A DNA stretch of 43,087 nt from a bacterium (GTDB lineage Bacteria > Patescibacteriota > Minisyncoccia > Minisyncoccales > UBA10102). The DNA lies in the NCBI GenBank assembly GCA_030647485.1, contig JAUSJT010000004.1, positions 1-43,087 on the forward strand. Direction: 5' to 3'. Below, one piece after another: positions 38,284 to 43,087 of the stretch. The notes under the pieces were generated by a model. That model was given only the letters and a program-made list of their open reading frames with translations. It was not told where the DNA came from and searched no databases. The position numbers were made by a program, and so were the translations under genes. The stretch's first letter is position 1, and each line of letters begins with the position of its first letter.

Positions 38284-39618
38284 TCACGAGGATTTAAGTG
38301 CGTCAACCTTTCTAAGTTTCCTGTGATAGGTGACGGCAAAGCGATGGGCTTCGTCGCGCACGTGCAAAAGGAGGTTAGAAACCTCCTGGGGAAGGTTTCG
38401 GAGCAAGACCGGGTCTGCTTTCCCTGGAGAAAAGAGCTCATTATTCCGTTTTGCCAAAGCAACAACCTTAATTTTTTGCAACTTAATCTCATTAAGGTGT
38501 GGATAACTTAATTCCATTAAGTTTGAAATGGCTTTGAGGGCAGAAGAAAGCTGGCCTTTTCCTCCGTCAATGAGCATAAGATCGGGGTAGGGCCATTCCG
38601 TGTGTTTGAGGCGTCGGGAGATGAGCTCTTGCATCATGGCAAAATCATTCGGTTTGCCAGTGATATGGATCTTGAATTTTCGGTACCATTCTTTTGCGGG
38701 TTTTCCTTTTAGAAAGGTTACCATAGATCCCGTAGACTGTTTGCCCTGGATGTTGGATATGTCATACGCTTCTATTCTCGTATACCCTGACCAGGGTTTT
38801 GGGAGAGGAACATCCTGTGAGGGTTGCCAGCGCACTGCGTGAGATAGCACATTCTCTAAGGAGAAAATCTGGTCTCGCAATACTGCTGCTTTTTCAAAGT
38901 CTTGTTCTTTGCTTGCTTGCGCCATTGATTTCTTAAGGTTTTTGAGAACAGAGGTTCTACCTCCCCTAAGAACTGCAGCAAGGTTCTTAATATTCTGTTT
39001 GTATTCTTTTGGGTTAGGATTGGGCCCTGGGCACAGATCAATATGGCAATAAGGACAAGGGAGTATGGGATGTTTCTTTGCGGTGTAGTAAGGGAATGCC
39101 CGTCTCAAAAGGCGCAAGACCTGTTTGATTGCCTTTCCCTCAACGAAAGGCCCGATGTAGTTAAAATTCAAGTTAGTGTCCAAGCGGCTAGTGCCTAAGC
39201 TAGTGCCTAAGCGAGGCTTAGGCATTCCTAAGCCTCGCTTAGGCAGAAATCGCTTAGGCAGAAAGGGTTGATGGGTTAGAAATACTCGAGGGAATTTCTC
39301 TTTTGTGATGGCGACATAGAAATACTTCTTGTCGTCCTTCCACATAACGTTGTACTTTGGCTGGTGTGATTTTATAAGTTGGGATTCAAGTAATAGAGCG
39401 TCAATTTCAGATTGAGTTTCAAAGTATCCTACTCTGGTTACTTGGGATATGAAAAGATTGTCTCGGTATGAGGCTTTGGCAAAGTGGTTTTTTACGCGGT
39501 CTCGCAGGTTTGCAGCCTTTCCGATATACAAGATTTCTTTTCCTCCCAAGAAAGTATATACTCCCGCAGTTTTTGGGATTGGGTTGATGTTTTTTTTGGC
39601 GATATACCTGAATTTCAT
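38284..39618 (-). CDS. uvrC: Excinuclease ABC subunit C (short form)
   Basis: GVYTF...YIGKAANLRDRV, UVR domain, RIEAYDISN, IDGGKGQL, RDEAHRFA. Confidence 0.93.
   Translation of the reverse strand: MKFRYIAKKNINPIPKTAGVYTFLGGKEILYIGKAANLRDRVKNHFAKASYRDNLFISQVTRVGYFETQSEIDALLLESQLIKSHQPKYNVMWKDDKKYFYVAITKEKFPRVFLTHQPFLPKRFLPKRGLGMPKPRLGTSLGTSRLDTNLNFNYIGPFVEGKAIKQVLRLLRRAFPYYTAKKHPILPCPYCHIDLCPGPNPNPKEYKQNIKNLAAVLRGGRTSVLKNLKKSMAQASKEQDFEKAAVLRDQIFSLENVLSHAVRWQPSQDVPLPKPWSGYTRIEAYDISNIQGKQSTGSMVTFLKGKPAKEWYRKFKIHITGKPNDFAMMQELISRRLKHTEWPYPDLMLIDGGKGQLSSALKAISNLMELSYPHLNEIKLQKIKVVALAKRNNELFSPGKADPVLLRNLPQEVSNLLLHVRDEAHRFAVTYHRKLRKVDALKSS
38482..38521. repeat. Hairpin-DnaA box-hairpin repeat inside uvrC
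   Basis: CTTAAT-CTC-ATTAAG G TGTGGATAA CTTAAT-TCC-ATTAAG. Confidence 0.85.
39187..39264. repeat. CCTAAGC-GAG/CTC-GCTTAGG doublet with duplicated flanks inside uvrC
   Basis: Same 17-mer as at 6840-6948; GCTAGTGCCTAA x2 and TCGCTTAGGCAGAAA x2. Confidence 0.9.
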
Positions 39619-39729
39619 AGTGCCATTATAACAAATTTATTTACGTCAAGAAGTCGTGAGGGAATAAAAAGCACCTACTGAGACAATGTCTGTCTGAGAC
39701 AATGTCTGTTCGGTGCGAAAATGAGTGCA

Positions 39730-39962
39730 GAGAGGGAGATGGGAGCGGGGTTGCCTTAAGGAGGTTATCGGCTCCTCTGCTCTGTGCTTTTTTTAGGTAA
39801 GCACGGTATGGCCTTTTGCACGGAGCCAATTGTCGTCCAAACAAAGCGTCTGAAGGCTTGAATCGACTGGTACTGGCGCGGTGTTCCTCTTTTTGCGCTG
39901 GCCTTCGCCCTAAAAGAGGAGTGGTGCCGCACGGTTCCGAGGTCATCTCATCTCCCCCTCTC
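39730..39962. ncRNA. Candidate structured RNA between uvrC and uvrA
   Basis: Long-range closing helix plus several internal stems. Confidence 0.35.
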
Positions 39963-40063
39963 ATAATAACAAAGAACAGCTTATATTATCTTTACACCCT
40001 AATTCGTACAATACAATAGCTAGCCTTGATTTCTTTTATGTTTGAATGTATACTAACGTCCTA

Positions 40064-42874
40064 ATGAAGACTAGGGACTCTATTAAAATCCGGGGAGCGA
40101 GAGTGCACAATTTAAAGAATATCAATGTTGATATTCCCAAGAATAAACTTGTGGTTATAACCGGGCTTTCGGGTTCTGGCAAAAGTTCTCTTGCATTTGA
40201 CACTTTGTATGCAGAAGGGCAGAGGAGATATGTAGAGAGTTTGTCTGCGTATGCCCGCCAGTTCTTGGGGGTTATGGATAAGCCGGATGTAGACAGTATT
40301 GAGGGTATTTCCCCTGCCATTGCCATTGACCAAAGAAAGGGATCACATAATCCAAGGTCCACGGTAGGGACCATTACGGAGGTATATGATTATCTCCGTT
40401 TATTGTTTTCCAGGATAGGAATTCCTCATTGCCCCAAGTGCAAGCGGGTGGTAAAACGCCAGAGCCCCAGTCAAATTGCCTTGCAGGTTGCCAGTTTGTC
40501 TCCTGGTTCTGAAGTTATGATTTTAGGTCCCGTAATCCGAGACAAAAAAGGAGAGCATCGGGGCATTCTGGAAGAAATACAGAAGGGAGGGTTCGTGAGG
40601 GTGCGTGTTGACGGTATTGTGTACCGCATAGAGGAAGCGTTGCAAAAAGAGCTAGACCGCAAGAAGAAGCACTCTATAGAAGTAGTGGTGGACCGTATTG
40701 TTGCGGGCACTGACTTGGACCGTCCTCGTTTGGTGGATTCTCTTGAGACCGCGCTCAAGCTTGGAAAGGGCATTGCGATTGTTGCCCGAATCGGAAAGTC
40801 AGATACAGTGTTCTCCGAGCACTTTGCATGCGAAAATTGCCACATCAGTTTACCTGACATTGAGCCTCGTCTGTTTTCTTTTAATTCTCCTTTTGGGGCG
40901 TGTTCTGCGTGCCAGGGGTTGGGAGCTAAGCTTCAGGTTGACCCTGCGTTGGTTATTCCAAACCCCCGTCTTTCTCTCGCAGAAGGCGCTGTGTTCCCTT
41001 GGGCGCATGCGTCTCATAAGATAGGAAGACAGGGGTTCTTTTGGTGGAAGCTGGAAGAAGTTGCAAAAAAGTACGGGTTTTCTCTAGATACTCCGGTGCA
41101 AGATTTATCAAAAAAATCCATTGACTTGGTACTCTATGGAGATAAAGGGTTTTCCGCCGAAGGCGGACCAGCCTCTGGCTGGGAAGGAGTGATTCCATGG
41201 TTGGAGCGTAGATACCATGAAACAGATTCTGACTGGGCCAGAGAAGAGATTGAACAGTACATGATAGAGAAGGTCTGCGAAGAATGCCGAGGCAAGAGAT
41301 TGAAGCCCGAAGTGCTGGCTGTGTTGGTGGGAGAGAAATCCATTGATGATATTGTGAGCATGCAGGTTAACGACCTTCAGAAATTCTTTAGGACTCTCAA
41401 GCTTTCAGAGCACGATAGAAAGATTGCGTCCCTCATTATTAAAGAGATCCTTAACCGTGTACAGTTTTTGGTTGACGTGGGCTTGGAGTACTTAACTTTG
41501 GGAAGAAAAGCAGGAACCTTGTCTGGGGGAGAAGAGCAAAGAATACGGCTGGCTACTCAAATAGGGTCAAAGCTTACCGGGGTGCTCTACATATTGGATG
41601 AGCCTTCTGTTGGTTTGCATGCAAGAGATCAGCATCGCTTAATAGCAACGCTTCATGAGTTGAGGGAATTGGGAAACACCATTGTGGTGGTGGAGCACGA
41701 TCCCCAAACCATACTTGCCGCAGACTGGGTCATAGACATAGGCCCTGGGGCAGGCAAGCAAGGGGGCAAGGTTATGTTCCAGGGAACTCCCAAAGCGTTA
41801 TTGAAATCAGCCACTCTTACTGGGGAATATCTTTCTGGCAGAAAGAGCATAGATATGAAGGGGTCTGCTCCTGCGGCAAAGCAGAGGTACCTGGTTGTGA
41901 AAGGAGCTAAGGAACATAATCTAAAAGATATTGACGTAAAGATTCCTCTAGAGAAGCTAGTATGCGTCACTGGAGTTTCAGGGTCTGGGAAAAGTTCTTT
42001 AGTAAACGACATCCTCGCAAAGGCGTTGCTTAAACATTTCTTTCACGCAAAAGATGAGCCAGGAACATATGACAAGATTGAAGGGCTTGAGCTTTTGAAT
42101 AAGGCAGTGGTGGTGGATCAGTCTCCCATTGGAAGAACACCCAGGTCTAATCCTGCCACATATACAGGAGCTTTCTCTGCTATTCGGGATTTATTCAGCT
42201 CTACCAAGGAGGCAAAGATACGGGGGTATGCTCCAGGCCGTTTCTCTTTCAATGTAAAGGGAGGAAGATGCGAGGTGTGCGAAGGCCAAGGGTTAAAGAA
42301 AATTGAGATGTATTTTCTTCCTGACGTGTATGTGGAATGTGAGGAATGTCAGGGGCAAAGGTATATGAAAGAGGTTTTGGAAGTGGATTATAGGGGGAAG
42401 AGTATTGCGCAGGTGCTCGGCCTTTCCGTGGAAGAGGCGTTAGAGTTCTTCAAGAATATTCCTTCTTTGGTGCAGAAATTTCAGACCCTCAAGGATGTGG
42501 GCTTGGGATATGTGCAGGTGGGGCAGTCAGCTCCTTCTTTGTCTGGGGGAGAAGCGCAGAGGGTAAAACTTGCGACAGAACTTTCCAAGAAGTCCACAGG
42601 CAAAACCATCTATATATTAGACGAGCCAACAACTGGGCTGCATTTTGAAGATATAAAAAAACTATTGTATGTTCTGCGGGAGCTGGTAAAGAAAGGTAAT
42701 ACAGTTATAGTTGTTGAACACAATTTGGACATTGTACGAAATTCAGACTGGGTAATAGATCTGGGTCCCGAAGGAGGAGAGAGGGGAGGAGAGATTGTTG
42801 CAGAGGGGATTCCAGAAGATATTGCAAAGGTAAAGAAAAGCTACACTGGGCAATACTTAAAGATGATCGTTTAG
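40064..42874 (+). CDS. uvrA: Excinuclease ABC subunit A
   Basis: GLSGSGKSSLAFDT, LSGGEEQRI, GVSGSGKS, LSGGEAQRVKL, zinc fingers. Confidence 0.99.
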   Translation: MKTRDSIKIRGARVHNLKNINVDIPKNKLVVITGLSGSGKSSLAFDTLYAEGQRRYVESLSAYARQFLGVMDKPDVDSIEGISPAIAIDQRKGSHNPRSTVGTITEVYDYLRLLFSRIGIPHCPKCKRVVKRQSPSQIALQVASLSPGSEVMILGPVIRDKKGEHRGILEEIQKGGFVRVRVDGIVYRIEEALQKELDRKKKHSIEVVVDRIVAGTDLDRPRLVDSLETALKLGKGIAIVARIGKSDTVFSEHFACENCHISLPDIEPRLFSFNSPFGACSACQGLGAKLQVDPALVIPNPRLSLAEGAVFPWAHASHKIGRQGFFWWKLEEVAKKYGFSLDTPVQDLSKKSIDLVLYGDKGFSAEGGPASGWEGVIPWLERRYHETDSDWAREEIEQYMIEKVCEECRGKRLKPEVLAVLVGEKSIDDIVSMQVNDLQKFFRTLKLSEHDRKIASLIIKEILNRVQFLVDVGLEYLTLGRKAGTLSGGEEQRIRLATQIGSKLTGVLYILDEPSVGLHARDQHRLIATLHELRELGNTIVVVEHDPQTILAADWVIDIGPGAGKQGGKVMFQGTPKALLKSATLTGEYLSGRKSIDMKGSAPAAKQRYLVVKGAKEHNLKDIDVKIPLEKLVCVTGVSGSGKSSLVNDILAKALLKHFFHAKDEPGTYDKIEGLELLNKAVVVDQSPIGRTPRSNPATYTGAFSAIRDLFSSTKEAKIRGYAPGRFSFNVKGGRCEVCEGQGLKKIEMYFLPDVYVECEECQGQRYMKEVLEVDYRGKSIAQVLGLSVEEALEFFKNIPSLVQKFQTLKDVGLGYVQVGQSAPSLSGGEAQRVKLATELSKKSTGKTIYILDEPTTGLHFEDIKKLLYVLRELVKKGNTVIVVEHNLDIVRNSDWVIDLGPEGGERGGEIVAEGIPEDIAKVKKSYTGQYLKMIV

Positions 42875-42884
42875 ATATAAAATT

Positions 42885-42918
42885 AAAGACCCCCATCAGT
42901 TTCTGATAGGGGTCTTTT
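42885..42918 (+). terminator. Intrinsic terminator after uvrA
   Basis: AAAGACCCCCATCAG-TTT-CTGATAGGGGTCTTTT. Confidence 0.75.
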
Positions 42919-42958
42919 GGTCTCCCCATTTTGAAATATGTGGTATAATGCAAAAAAC

Positions 42959-43087
42959 ATGAAAGAGATTACTCTTCAAGATGTAAAAAAGAATCCTCAC
43001 GTCCTCGCTTTTATTTCAGAGACCGAAAAGTCGCTTAAGGAGCTGAAATATACGAATCACGGCCTTTCTCACGCAAATTTGGTTGCA
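42959..43087 (+). CDS. Probable HD-domain phosphohydrolase (3'-partial)
   Basis: MKEITLQDVKKNPHV...YTNHGLSHANLVA; preceded by TGG-TATAAT at 42941-42949. Confidence 0.55.
   Translation, partial: MKEITLQDVKKNPHVLAFISETEKSLKELKYTNHGLSHANLVA

Noticed and set aside
39641-39964. 107-aa minus-strand ORF as a protein gene
   Set aside because: No recognisable motif and it overlaps a strongly paired region; not called, though not excluded.

Overview
Bacterial chromosomal window that most likely comes from a Patescibacteria/CPR (Parcubacteria-like) genome. This is inferred from the compact RpoB/RpoC, short UvrC, giant surface protein, pilin-LamG genes and apparently leaderless promoters. Core content: a comF-dprA-comM-yraN natural-transformation cluster, two O-antigen-ligase-like/TPR membrane proteins, rpoBC, ftsK, recA, rpsF-ssb-rpsR, a phosphohexomutase, trpS, rnj, tRNA-Leu(CAG), an OppA-like protein, secG, uvrC and uvrA, plus small toxin-antitoxin-like pairs. 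The most unusual content is an apparent micro-mobile-element system. (1) Two 239-aa HUH/Y1 (RAYT-like) transposases are each flanked by hairpins with 3-nt loops. (2) A dispersed repeat of two covarying hairpins (CTWARY-NNN-RYTWAG) joined by a DnaA-box-like linker lies around the first transposase, on both sides of yraN and in frame inside uvrC. (3) Several other short palindromes are inserted in frame in uvrA, rpoC, comF, dprA and the giant adhesin. (4) A stand-alone GIY-YIG gene bracketed by terminal inverted repeats seems to have truncated a LamG-like gene. Two candidate non-coding RNAs are also present. All calls come from reading the sequence by eye; no searches were run.
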